Shown piece by piece: positions 11,199-23,206 of a DNA stretch of 64,000 bases (the stretch's first letter is position 1; each line of letters opens with the position of its first letter). A model generated the notes under the pieces. That model made no database searches. It worked only from the letters and a program-made list of their open reading frames with translations, and had not been told where the DNA came from. The stretch is from assembly GCF_018977255.1 (NCBI RefSeq), contig NW_024704742.1, positions 52,826,001 to 52,890,000 on the forward strand, given 5' to 3'. Source of the DNA: Callorhinchus milii (Eukaryota). The position numbers and the translations under genes were made by a program.

Positions 11199-11339
11199 GC
11201 CCAAGAGGAATTGACCAGGTTAAGAAAGGAAGCTACGTCACCAATGTCTCAAAGGCGAATGGAAGAAGAAAGAGACGATGCTAGAGCAGACCTGAAGAGA
11301 ATGACCTCCGAGAGAGATAGCGTGAGAGACAGGCTAAAG
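11199..11339 (+). CDS. CEP135: CEP135-family coding exon
   Basis: ttccag|GCCCAAGAG...AAG|gtactt; AQEELTRLRKE...ADLKRMTSERDSVRDRLK. Confidence 0.9.
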
Positions 11340-11728
11340 GTACTTAAAGATATTTGTTACAGATCGATATGTTTTGTATGTACATTTATGTCTGTATCTT
11401 TCTGCTCTTTTTAGGGTCTCTGAACTATTTTGTGCCCAAGAAAATGGGCAGATAGCTTATTGTGCATCATCCCGAATGCCATAATTTAGACCTTGTACTC
11501 GATTTCCAAATTCTCATTTCCGATATCCTTTTATATTATATATTGTTTAAATAGACTTTATTAGTAAAATGTGTTCATTCTGTTGTTATCAGGCTGTTCT
11601 AGCCAATGAATATGTGACAATATTTTCTATTCTTTTTATTGAGAACTTTTCTTTATTTTTCCAAGTCTCGTTTCTTTAAAAATAATAAAATCCTCGTCTG
11701 ATTCAAATACAGACAAGTAAGTTATGAG

Positions 11729-13284
11729 CTGGGCCAATAGAAAAGTGCTGCCACGGTTTTGCCGCAGAATCCGCTATAAATAGCGCCTTCCACTATAAAC
11801 CCGCCATAAAATGTAGTCTCTGGCACCGGGTTGCTGCGCTGTTTATCTGACCCAAGTGTGGGTGGGGTGGCGGACAGGCATACACGGTGCAGCGCAAGTG
11901 GGAGATGGGATTCGATCCACTCGGAGGCACCAGTGTTGTGATTGTCTGTGTGTGTCTCTCTCTCTCTATGTGTGTGTTTGTGAGTGTGTCTGTCTGAGTG
12001 TGTGTGTATTTATGAGTGTCTATTTGAGTGTATCTCTCCTCTGTGTGTGTGTGTGTCTGTTTGTGAGTGTCTCTGTGTGAGTGTGTCTGTGTGCCTCTCT
12101 CCTCTCTTGTGTGTTATCTCTTTGTGTCTTTGAGTGTGTGTCTCTGTGTCTAAAAGTATGTGTGTGTGTCTCTCTGTGTGTCTGTGTGTGTGTCTTTCTC
12201 TGGGTCTGTGTGTCTCTCAGTCTGTGTGTGTGTGTGTGTCTGTGTGTGTGTCTCTCTCTCTCTCTCTGTGTCTCCCTCTGTGTCTTTGTGTGTGTATCTC
12301 TCTGTGTCTGTGTGTCTCTCTGCCTGTGTGTGTGTCTTTCTCTGTGTCTGTGTGTCTCTCTCAGTGTCTGTGTGTGTGTGTCTCGCTGTGTCTGTGTGTC
12401 TCTCTGCCTGTGTGTGTGTGTCTTTCTCTGTGTCTGTGTGACTCTCTGTGTGTATGTGTGTGTGTGTGTGTCTCCCTCTGGGTCTCTGTGTGTGTATCTC
12501 TGTGTGTGTGTATCTGTGTCTGCGTGTCTTTCTGCCTGTGTGTGTGTCTTTCTCTGAGTCTGTGTATCTGTGTGTGTCTCTCTCTCTGTGTCTGGGTGTC
12601 TCTCTGCCTGTGTGTGTGTTTTTCTCTGTCTGTGTGACTCTTGGGTGTGTATGTGTGTGTGTGTCTCCCTCTGTGTGTGTGTGTGTGTGTGTGTCTCTCT
12701 GGATCTCTGTATTTATGTGTGTGTATCTCTGGATGTCTGTGAGTGTCTCTCTTTGGATGTCTGTGTGTGTGTGTCTCTCTGGGTCTCTGTGTATGTGTGT
12801 GTGGCTCTCTGGGTCTGTGTATGGGTGTCTCTCTCTGGGTCTCTGTCTCTTTGTCTGTGTGTGTGTGTGTGTCTCTGGGTCTGTGTGTGCGTCTCGCTCT
12901 CTGGGTCTCTGTCTCTGTGTCTGTGTGTGGTGCTGGACCCTGAGAGGCAGGAGGTGGTGAGCTTCTGTAGTCCCACAGTCAGGACACTGGTCCTGAGGGT
13001 CCGTTTTTTGGCAGATCTTTGGGCCTGTGCCGGTGTCCATCCCCTGTCCCCGCCCCGCCTCACCCCAGATGGGTCATCTAGTTTTTGATGAAGAAGAAAT
13101 TAATTGCAAAAATTGCAACAATCTAATATGTGTAATCTCCTCATGTTTAGTTTTCATCAATAAAGTGAAAGAATGTAGGTTGGCAGTAAATGTACTTCAA
13201 TAGCACCAATCTACCCACTGCAACGTCCTGTAAAATTTTTCCGCAATGTTTGGAAAATATTTCCACACTTTTCTATTGGCCCAG
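11729..13284. mobile_element. Non-autonomous DNA transposon (hAT-like) with 19-bp TIRs and 8-bp TSD
   Basis: ctgggccaatagaaaagtg (11729-11747) / cacttttctattggcccag (13266-13284); flanks gttatgag and attatgag. Confidence 0.75.
11943..12930. repeat. Compound (TG)n/(TC)n microsatellite
   Basis: Directly visible; source of the CV/HT-rich spurious ORFs. Confidence 0.95.
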
Positions 13285-13354
13285 ATTATGAGCTGTTTCA
13301 AAGCTTTGATTTTTGTTGATTTTCTATCTGTAATAAGATGAAAGGTTACCTTTC

Positions 13355-14125
13355 ATAACATAACATAACATGTAGGAGCAGGAGTAGGCCATTCGGCCCT
13401 TCGAGCCTTCCCCGCCATTCAATCATGGCTGATCTTCTAATCTAACTCCAGCTAATAACCTGACCCTGCCTTATCCCCATATCCCTTAATCCCTTTAGCA
13501 ATAAGAAATCTATCTGTTTCAGTCTTGAATATGTTCAAGAACTGAGCGTCAACAGCTCTTTGGGATAGTGAGTTCCATACAATCACTACCCTTTGAGTGA
13601 AGAAGTTCTTCCTCAACTCAGTGCGAAAGGGCTGACCTCTGATTGTAAGGTTGTGACCACTGGTTTTAATTTCTCCAACCAGGGAAAACAATCTCCCACT
13701 ATCTACTCTTATCATGCTCTTTAATGATCTTGTAGGTTTCTATAAGATCCCCTCTAATTATAATAACAATAATAATAATCCTTGCATTTGATATAGTGCT
13801 TGTCACGTCGGGAGGACGTCCCAAAGCGCTGTCTTCTATATTCTAGAGAATATAGGCCCAGATTGGTCAGCCTATCCTCGTAACTCATCCCCTTCATCCC
13901 TAGTACTAACCTAGTAAATCTACACTGCACCCCCTCCAAGGCAAGTACATCCTTCCTTAAATGAGGAGACCAAAACTGGACACAGTATTCCAGGTGTGGT
14001 CTCACCAGGGCCTATACAGTTGCAGCAAGACTTCCCTACTCTTATACTCTAATCCTTTCATAATGAATGCTGACATACCGTTCGCCTTCCTAATTGCTGC
14101 TGCACCTGCAGACTAACTTTCTGTG
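13355..14125 (-). mobile_element. CR1-type LINE 3' fragment with nested SINE tail
   Basis: [18 protein letters not shown] and FRTELRKNFFTQRVVIVWNSL, typical CR1 ORF2 C-terminus; insertion at about 13757-13830. Confidence 0.9.
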
Positions 14126-14185
14126 ATAAGGACTTAAAAGTTGCTATGTAAATTGTGATGGGAATTTACAATATTTTCTTTCTAG

Positions 14186-14263
14186 AGTGTTCTTGAAACA
14201 AATGAATGTAACGCAAAACAGATGGAACAGAGGATGTCACAGTTAGAAAATACAATTCATGAA
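14186..14263 (+). CDS. CEP135: CEP135-family coding exon
   Basis: tttctag|...GAA|gtaagt; SVLETNECNAKQMEQRMSQLENTIHE (26 codons). Confidence 0.82.
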
Positions 14264-15654
14264 GTAAGTACCCTAAGACAAGCTTGTGAATGCAGTTTGG
14301 TTGAGTGCTCTAATGGTAAGTTAGATACATTTTTCAGTCCTAATATACCAATAGATTGAGTTCTATCATGAAATTATAATATCATCTACTTAGAAAGTGG
14401 TAGATGGTTGGAAATGTGCAATAAGTCTATAATGTAATCAAGGCATTCAGATGGGATCATAACCCGTGAGAACAAAGCTTGGAGGACATCATCTGTGTGG
14501 TTGTGAATAAATTGTTTTACTGTTCTATGGGCATCATCTATGCACTGTAATTAAATTACAGCTCATTACTTGCTCTCTGCTTTCTATCTTTTTATGCTGT
14601 GTACATGGTTTCAATAAAATGAAAACTGTCAATGACAATTTAAAGTAATGCTGAAATCAACAGAATTTAAAACTGCCAATTAGGTTGCAATCTTTATGGA
14701 ATAATGTGGAGCCTTAATTTTCACTAAGCAATGTAATGTTGTAATGCTAAAATAAATTTAGAGTGGATGTACATTGCACGTCAATTTGTTCAAAATGCCC
14801 TTTGCACTGATTAATAAATATGTCCTATGTCTTATTTTTGGAAAATTACTTAGTAAATTAAATATTCTTTTGATATAATTTAGAAGCACAAAAAAGTGAA
14901 CATTTACTTGGGAAAAACTTTCAGAGCCTCAATTGCAGCATATAACAGATGAGTGGAAAAGTTTTTTTTCACAAAAATAATGATTTGTACTTGGAAGCAA
15001 TGGGTACACTAGGATTTGCATAAAATAACTATATAATATACATCCCTGTACACGCTGCAATTATACTGTGTGAGCGCGGAAACCATTTGGGCAGCATTTG
15101 TTTGACCATTCACTTCAGCATTATACCATTGGATAAGAGGCTCAATGTAATCTGTTATTGAAACTATTATCAGCAATATTGTAAACATAAAAATTGTATG
15201 TGTTTTGAAACAAAACTACTGGCTTATTTATCAGCACTAACTTTGATTTCGATTAGATGAGGATTTAATCTTGATTATAAACATAAGGCTCTTCAGCCTT
15301 GAAAAGGAAGCCTCAGAAGGGAAGTTATGAAGTATATACGATTCTAAATGTGATTGAGAAAGTAAACCCCACAATACCACTTTAATATACACAGGTTAGG
15401 GACCTTATAGACTCATCTATCTGCTAAGGAGCTTACAGCCCTCTGGCCTCAATATTGATTTAAATAATTTCAGACCATAATAGCTTACCTTCCCCCTCCC
15501 CCTCTTCCCCCTCCTCGCTCCCTCCCTTCCCTCCCCTCACCCTGACCATTTCCCCAATGCTCGGGTCATGACCCAACTGTGCAGCGCCTTGGGGCGTCCT
15601 CCTGATGTGAAAGGCACTTTATAAATGGAATCTTGTTGTTGTTGTTGTTGTTCT

Positions 15655-16030
15655 GTGACCATTACCACGTCATCTGGGTCCCAGACATACCTTTTCTCTC
15701 TCTGGTCTGCCTGTTTGTTGCATTTCTCCCTTCCATCCCCCTTTGTTTTGCATTATTAACACCTCTATTCCCCTGTTTTGTTGCAATCCCCCTTTGTTTG
15801 CATCATTAACATCTCTTTAACCCATCATCCCCTGTCCTCTACCCCCACTTTCACCTTTGTCTTCCTTGCCCTGTCTCCCCCCTCTCTGTTAGTCCTTAAA
15901 AGCCTCTCCCTCCCAACATGCCCCAGTTCCGACGAAGGGTCATGGACCCGAAACGTTAACTCACTTTCCTTTCGCCATAGATGCTGCCTGACCTGCTGAG
16001 TGGTCCCAGCGATTTCTGTTTTTGTTTGTG
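15655..16030 (+). mobile_element. Penelope-like element terminal (pLTR) fragment with hammerhead motif
   Basis: Pyrimidine-rich body then gacgaagggtcatggacccgaaacgttaactc...gatgctgcctgacctgctgagt; second copy at 8550-8650 (-). Confidence 0.65.
15925..15961 (+). ncRNA. Minimal hammerhead motif with a U-to-C change in the core
   Basis: AGUU CCGACGA A GGGUC aug GACCC GAAACGUU AACU. Confidence 0.55.
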
Positions 16031-16104
16031 CTTTTATTAACCCTGTTTAACAACTTGTTTGATGAAAAGGGAATTGATAAGAGTCTCTCCTGTTCTTTTT
16101 TGAG

Positions 16105-16256
16105 CTTGAAAATGAGCGTTTTGCCTTGAAGAAGAAAATAACGACACAGAAGGAAACGATATCAGAACTTGAAGAACGGTACAGGTGTATATCACAAAAA
16201 CTCCAGCAAAATTCAGATAATGCTTCTCATCACAAGGCAGAGCTGAGTTCACTTAG
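16105..16256 (+). CDS. CEP135: CEP135-family coding exon (GAG acceptor)
   Basis: tgttcttttttgag|CTTGAA...AG|gttagt; LENERFALKKK...DNASHHKAELSSL(R). Confidence 0.85.
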
Positions 16257-17135
16257 GTTAGTGTTTGCTTTGTGTTCATTTGTTTGAAATATGTCAGATT
16301 TGTTTTAAATAGGAGATTGGGAGTGAACAGCTAAGGAGTAAGGAGCTTGCTAACAATTTGTGAGTGGCTGTTTAGTGAAATATGCCTTGGAAACTTTTGT
16401 TTTTATTATAAAGGGCTGTGGGCGAATATTTCTTCTTCTACCACCAACCACCAAGTCAGAGATATTTAAAGTAAACTCCCACCTAAAGTGGTTCATGTAG
16501 TTGATGTGTTTAAAACAAACGTAAATAAATATTCAGGTAAGAATTATATTGAAAGGTGTAAGGATAAGTACTGAGAGGCATTTGAATGGTGTGTATAACA
16601 TAATGGTTGTCTTGTTGGGTTATGCACATGACTTCAAAAAAGGCATTAGTTCAAAGATGATGATAAGTTATATACTATATGTGTCCAGACTGACATTAGG
16701 ATACAGTGCTGGGGAACTGCTGCATTGTTGGCTGTAAACCGCTGCCTCTGTTCAGCTGGCTCTGGCCTCCTATTTGTCCCTTGTGCCCTCTGTTCCACCA
16801 TCGGCGGCTGTGGCTTCGGCCACTATGCTCTGGACCTCTCTCCCTCAATCCCTCTGCCTTGCCCCCTCCCCACCTTCAAATCCCGCCTAAAGACCTTGCT
16901 TTTTGATTGTGCTTACAGTCACCTCTCCCCTCCCTCTCCTCCTGGCTCGTTGACAGACTCCTCCACTGTGAAGCGCTCCGGGAAGCTACCCCACGTGAAA
17001 GGCGCTATAAGAATGCAAGTTGTTGTTGTAAACAATTTAGATCAATTCTGTTTATGTTTTTTAATTGAACGTGCCATGGATGAGGTTAGTTATTCAGTGA
17101 TTATTGGGATGCCCGTCCACTGTGAGACTATTCGT

Positions 17136-17457
17136 GGAGTCCTGTAGCTCAGTGGTTAGAGCACTCACTTTACAAGCGAGAGACCGAGTTCAATTCCAGG
17201 CAGGGTGAAACCTTGGGAAAGTTTCCTTACTCCACACGCCTAATAATAATCCCTCCCCCCAAAATAAACAATAATAAAATTGGTCATTTTCAATCTACGA
17301 CTGTTTGTGGGACATTACTGTGCGCAATTGGCTGCCGCGTTCGCCCACAAATATACAATCAATTCACTTTACAGTGTGTTCTGTGAAGCGCTTTGGGACG
17401 TCCTCCAGACGTGAAAAGCGCTATATCAAATGCAAGGATTATTATTATTATTATTAT
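17136..17457 (+). mobile_element. Full-length tRNA-derived SINE (Deu-type body, L2-like tail, (TTA)n)
   Basis: A box tagctcagtggttagagc, B box gagttcaattcc, body gtgggacatt.ctgtgcgcaattggctgccgcg, L2-type hairpin. Confidence 0.9.
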
Positions 17458-17515
17458 TCTGCTGGAACCCGCGTGATTCTCAGTAACAAATGACTGTGTT
17501 GTGTTAATATCTCAG

Positions 17516-17631
17516 GTTAATAAATGAACAGCTGGAGAAATCTCTTACAGACTCGCAGCATCGGCTTTCTGCAAAAAACAATGAGCTACAATCAATTCAA
17601 GATCAAATTGACCAACAAGAAGATAGACTAG
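17516..17631 (+). CDS. CEP135: CEP135-family coding exon
   Basis: ctcag|G...G|gtaatg; LINEQLEKSLTDSQHRLSAKNNELQS... Confidence 0.9.
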
Positions 17632-18170
17632 GTAATGGCAGTATATAGCTGAATCCTGTGAGCTATATTAATTAAGCATTTAAAAGGTTTATGTGAAAAA
17701 TCCACAAAGATCCAAACTGTAGAAAGCTACAGTTTAGAAACCCAATATGTGCTGTTAGCTGATCTCAGCCAGAGCTGCATTTGAATGCTACGATTTGGCT
17801 TTAGTGCTCCTGAGTTGAAAGAGAAATATCAGTGAGTGTTCTCATATCTATTAATTGGGCTCAGGTCAGGTACCCTCCAGAGTCAAATAATCTGTCAGAG
17901 CTCACTGTCTAGATTTATACATTAATTTTTATACTGGCAAAATGCCTGGTACCCATAGAACCATACCTCAGAAGAAAAAGGAGCCAAAGGATCTTCCAGT
18001 AGGAAGGGGAAGAATTCTTTTATCTAAAAAGCGTTGTACTGCAAATTACTTACTATGTGCAGATTAGTGCAAATTGATTGGAAGTTTTGTAATGCAGCTG
18101 AAGAACATGGATGTTCAACAGGAATAGCATGAACATAAAACATTTTCATGCACTCTTTTCTGTTGTGTAG

Positions 18171-18325
18171 CTGAGTTCAGTAGACAGAGTTCTGCTCAGC
18201 GAGACGAAATGAACCTGCTAAGAAGTACCATATCTGCTCTGGATAAGGAGAAGGATTTCCTGCAGGAAGCTATGGATGAAAAGACTGAAAGAGTAGCTAA
18301 TCTGGAAGATAACATGGCGAAGAAG
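18171..18325 (+). CDS. CEP135: CEP135-family coding exon
   Basis: gtgtag|CT...AAG|gtaagc; ...TISALDKEKDFLQEAMDEKTERVANLEDNMAKK. Confidence 0.93.
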
Positions 18326-18448
18326 GTAAGCATGCAAATGTGGCTATTTAATCTTTATATGTTCAAAAACATTGAGGTTCAGAAGCAGATTCAGCGTGTG
18401 ACAGCTTGTCACTAACTGCCAAAAGTAACTCTTAAATTAATTAAACAT

Positions 18449-18822
18449 GGAACCCTGTAGCTCAGTGGTTAGAGCACTCGCCTTGCAAGTGAGAGATCTG
18501 GGTTTGATTCCCAGCAGGGCGAATGTTGGGCAAGTTTCCTTAATCCACATTCCTCTGTTTACCTAACAGTAAGTAGTAACCCGGTTGTTAGTCGATTAGT
18601 GGAATGCTTTTCCGGGGATAATAATTCCTTCAAAAAATATAATAATCAATTGGTCACTTCAATCCACGACTGTTTGTAGGACACTGATGTGCGCGGTTGG
18701 CTGCCACGTTTTGCCCACAAAATATACAGTCAATTCACTTTACAGTATATTCTGTGAAACGCTTTGAGACGTCTCGAAGATGTGATAAGGCGCTATATCA
18801 AATGCAAGGATTCTTATTATTA
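18449..18822 (+). mobile_element. tRNA-derived SINE, long variant
   Basis: Same head and tail plus an extra ~65-bp internal segment (tcctctgtttacctaacagtaagtag...). Confidence 0.85.
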
Positions 18823-19541
18823 AATCTTATTCAGGATTGGTTTTTCAAAATAGTAAGTGTGAGGGGAGCGTGACAGAACTAGGTGGTAAAGAGCACTGCC
18901 CGTTCACCTCTGGAAACTCTTGACAAGTCAATAGCAATAACATGGCGTGTAGACATTGCAACAGGCAGCAAAATACATGCTGACCTTTTTAAGAATGAAT
19001 TGTAAAAGACACACACTTGAGTCGTTTTAGGATGTTAGATGTATATTCTCATGGTCGGTGCCAATTATCCTGCCAATATCATTATGTTCTCGCTCTGGGA
19101 CGCTACCCTGGGTCAAGGGTGCTATATAAGTGCAAGTTGTTGTTATTTAGGATGGTAAGGAGAGGTTCTCTACAAGGTTACCACTGTCTTTTTGTTAAAA
19201 CCATTGCTAGTTTTTCTTCTTTATGTAATGTGGATTAAATGGGTTGAAGTCACGACTGATGCTAATTATAAAGCCCAGAAAAAAAGAGTGGGTGACGCAT
19301 GGATCTAAATGCTTGATCTTCACAAAATCATCAATAAGACTTAAATGTTTTATTTAATATTCTTCCACTCCAAAGTGCATGGTTCATGATATTTGTGCAT
19401 CATAAGCCAAGTGAAGGTATGAGGACCGAATGAGAAAACTAACCAGTTCCAATCCCTACTGCTGCAGAGCTGGGATGTGTGTTTTTTTTGTTGTAAATAG
19501 CTTAAATTTGACAAATTTAACTAGTGATATCTCATTTATAG

Positions 19542-19597
19542 GACAAGTGCATTACCAATATGAAGATTACCTTGACTGAACTTGAATCTTCCATTGA
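19542..19597 (+). CDS. CEP135: CEP135-family coding exon
   Basis: ttatag|...GA|gtaagt; DKCITNMKITLTELESSI; followed by a 99-bp intron. Confidence 0.88.
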
Positions 19598-19696
19598 GTA
19601 AGTACACTCAACAGGAAACATGTACAGAGCTGTAATTGTTAAATACTTTTAGTATTTTATTCAGTTTTTAATCCATGCTGATTTTTAATACTCTAG

Positions 19697-19865
19697 TCGA
19701 CTGAACGACTCCCTGTGTAATCGAGAACGGGAAGTAAACAGTTTATGCCGCCAGCTGGATTGCGTTAATAATGACTTGAGGGAAGCAACAAGGACACGTG
19801 ATATCGCTCTGAAAGAAAGTCAACGTTTACAAGATGACCTGGTTACTATGACGAGGGAAAATCAG
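19697..19865 (+). CDS. CEP135: CEP135-family coding exon
   Basis: ctctag|T...CAG|gtaata; NREREVNSLCRQLD...RLQDDLVTMTRENQ. Confidence 0.93.
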
Positions 19866-19957
19866 GTAATATGAATATTGCCTCTTACTGGTATACAAAC
19901 CCTATTGTTTTGGGAATGTACATAACTGTATTTGAACTATAAAAAAAAATTTTTTTT

Positions 19958-20548
19958 AGTTGCATTCATTACATCGAGGCTTGACTATGCAAACTCCTTG
20001 CTTGTTGGCCTCCCCAACTCCTCCCTCGATAGGCTGCAGATCATCCAGAACTCTGCAGCCCATGTCCTCTCCCACACCAGGTTCCGTAACCCTATCACCC
20101 CCATCCTTGACCGACTCTACTGGCTTCCTGTCACACAAGATACAGTTCGAGATCCTGGTCCTCACCTTCAAAGCCCTCCATGTTCTTGCTCCCCACTACC
20201 TCTGTGAGCTCCTAACCCCTTACCTTCCTGCCCGCTCCTTCTGCTCAGCGGGCTCCGGCCTGCTTTACATCAATCCGCCTCGCCTACCCCACCTTTGGCA
20301 GGCGAGCCTTCTGCCCCCACCCTCTGGAACTCCATACCACAGTCCTTCCGCCTTGCCCCCTCCTTTGCCTCCTTTAAGACCCATCTCAAGACCCTCCTCT
20401 TCGACCATATTTTCGATCTCCCTGCTTCCCTACCTGACCTCCACCCTCCCCAACCCTGCCCCCCAGCTCAGGTCCGAAACTGTCTGTGCAGCGCCTTGGG
20501 ACTTCTTCCGAAATGAAAGGCGCTTTACAAATGTAATTTGTTGTTGTT
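19958..20548 (+). mobile_element. L2 LINE 3' fragment
   Basis: ITSRLDYANSLLVGLP...LQIIQNSAA remnant, 3' hairpin, (TTG)n. Confidence 0.88.
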
Positions 20549-21308
20549 TCTGTGAATAAATGTCATTTTATTGTTGTTGAAATATTCATTGAATTCATTT
20601 CAATTAATGATTGCTGTGTGGTGTGGTCTTCAAGCCACGTGCACTTCTGATCACGGCAAGCCCCTGCCCATGTAGACTCCTGATTTCCAACTCTCCTAGC
20701 GAATGCCAACCCCACGCTGAGCAGCCTCACTTTCTTTGCTGGCCTTCACAGTGACCAGGGATGTCAACTTTGACTCAGATTGTTTGAATCCCACGAGTAG
20801 AAGATAGTGAATAAATGTGCAGTCAAATAACTTGGTCTTAAGAGCTTGGAAAGCAAAGAGAGAAGGGGTGAGGCAGAGGAATGACAGCACGAGTAAAGTG
20901 GGTGAAAGCTCACCTGCTGATGGTGGGACAAAACTGTGTGGGTATGAAGTGTGTGGTGGGCATGAAGTGCGTAGACTTTCCAAAGGCCTCCTGGAGGTTT
21001 TGTAGGTGTCTATAAATAGATACCCCGGCATACTGTGGAGTGAGTGGGACCTGGTCCACTTGTTAGTGCCTTTATTGTTTTACATGAAGATTAATGTACC
21101 ACGTCTAAAATGTACAAACTGTAAAGGAGTCATAAAAATATACAGATGTAAATAAGCCAAAGAATACTATTCAGATAGCACCATAAGTATTGTGTTTGTT
21201 TTGCAATTTTTATTGTCTTCCCATTAAATAAGCGTTTGAATAAATGTTTTCTTGCCTTAGCAAACCAATTTAGAAAGGTATTGTAATCTTTATTGATCTA
21301 CATCTCAG

Positions 21309-21419
21309 GCTATCAACACTGAGCTGGAAGAAGCTCTGAATGAGAAAGATGAATTGAAATCAAGAGTTCATAACTACATCACTGAGGTGTCAAGAATAGA
21401 GAACTTAATGGCTTCCAAG
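21309..21419 (+). CDS. CEP135: CEP135-family coding exon
   Basis: tctcag|...AAG|gtagga; AINTELEEALNEKDELKSRVHNYITEVSRIENLMASK. Confidence 0.93.
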
Positions 21420-23020
21420 GTAGGAAATCATGAAAGATGAAAAGGACGAGATAATAATTGTAATCTATTAACCATGATATTTCGCCAAAAAAAAAAGAAT
21501 CTGCTCCCATTCCTCATCTTCATTTAACACAAATCAGTACCCTCCACTCATTCTTTCTCTTTGTCCTAATCATAGAATCTCTGAGGGATAAGGAAGAACC
21601 CATACATCCACGACATACTGCCCAAATATCTCTACAAATACTGTTTACAAACCTTTCAAGAAATGTAGTTGGCTGTTTAGGAATACTTTGTGCTGGAATT
21701 ATGATTTGCATTTGAATCTTCTCTTTTGGTTAATATTTCTGCAATGCAAGAGTCTGTGCCTTGGGATATGAAAGAGTTTAAATGTAATTTGTTGCTTGAA
21801 TGGTTTCAGTGCACTGGAAATCTTTGGACCTCCAATAATTTTGAGTCAGCTGTATTGATGGAACCAAATTACTTCAAGGGAGACCTGGTATGAATGAATG
21901 CCAAAAGGCTACTTAGTCAATGAAGGATTTTCCACATGCTGTTCTCTCCTGTGGATTTCTCTTTGTTATTATCATATGATCACCAGCATCAAAAGAACTG
22001 ATGGTTTATATTGAGAGATGGTAATTCTTAGGGAATTTAGGAGTACATGTGCATGGTCTTTCACGATATGGAGTCAGGTATCTAAAACAGCTTTGCAAGA
22101 AATTAATTTTGGTCCATAATCCTTTCTCATCAACCACTAAATTCAACCGTCAAACTTTGTCAGTGACAAAATTAATCTCCCCTACTGATGTCAAAATGGA
22201 GATTTATCTTCTACATGGTGTGGCATTCTGAGGAAATACTCAACAGTATTGCACTCAGGTTAGCAGAGCAGAAAACCTGACTTGATGTGCATTTCAGTAA
22301 TGCTGACCTCATCAGAAATTCCTTCAAAAATGAGTATATTGTTTAAAGGAATTTAAAGTAGGATCTTGTCAGGTCCAATAAATCAAAGTATTTTCTGTTT
22401 GATGCGTACAACTTTCTACTTTAAGTTGAATTTGTAGCCTATAACTTATGCACATATTTGTTGACAAATTACTTGAAGCATTTTTAGCCATTTTGTTTGC
22501 GATCTGCAAATATAAAAGTTTTTGTTTTCTAAATTGTCCAATCTTTCTTTCTTTATTTATAGTTTTTCTTGAAATGTGGAACTTGTGCTTCCTGCCCTTG
22601 GGATATCAGTGGCAGTTTGCCAGCATTCACTGCCCATCCTAGATGCCCTAAGGAGATAGTGATGATTCGCGCAAAATATAAATTGGCTCCAGTGTAAATT
22701 CAAACTTCTCCCATCAGGATCTGTCACTAAAGGGCCCATATGATGTCAGCCCTTCATTCTTGTTCTCTCTGCCTTTCCCTCTCTGTGTCTAACCCTGCAA
22801 TACGCATGTATAATTTGCTTAATGAACTTTTACCTTGCATTTTCAGATCACAGAAAATCATGTTCCTGGGAACCATGCCCATTATTAATGTTCTTTGCCA
22901 GCATCGCAGTTCCACCTCAGAGTCCTAGTGTGAAGCTGTAGATACTCGGGTTTGAAAATATATGGCATAATATAATCTAAAGTGGATATTTTTTATTTTT
23001 CTTCTCTTTTTTCATGGTAG

Positions 23021-23206
23021 GAACAAGAACTACATCATATACTGGAACAGTTCCGACTAGCAAGTAACCAAGCTGAATCCTGGGAACTTAAGGCCCATCA
23101 GGCAGAGGGAGAGAGCAGTTCAATGCGACTGGAGCTCCTCTCTGTCGACACAGAGCGACGGCATCTGGAGGAAAGAGTGTCAAAGTTTGAAAGGGAAATA
23201 CAGGAG
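23021..23206 (+). CDS. CEP135: CEP135-family coding exon
   Basis: ggtag|...GAG|gtacga; WELKAHQAEGESSSMRLELLSVDTERRHL. Confidence 0.94.

Noticed and set aside
11856..13088. Multiple overlapping CV/HT-rich ORFs
   Set aside because: Microsatellite translations in all frames
17735..18010. Possible ancient SINE-like repeat
   Set aside because: Resemblance from memory only; no second copy in the window to support it
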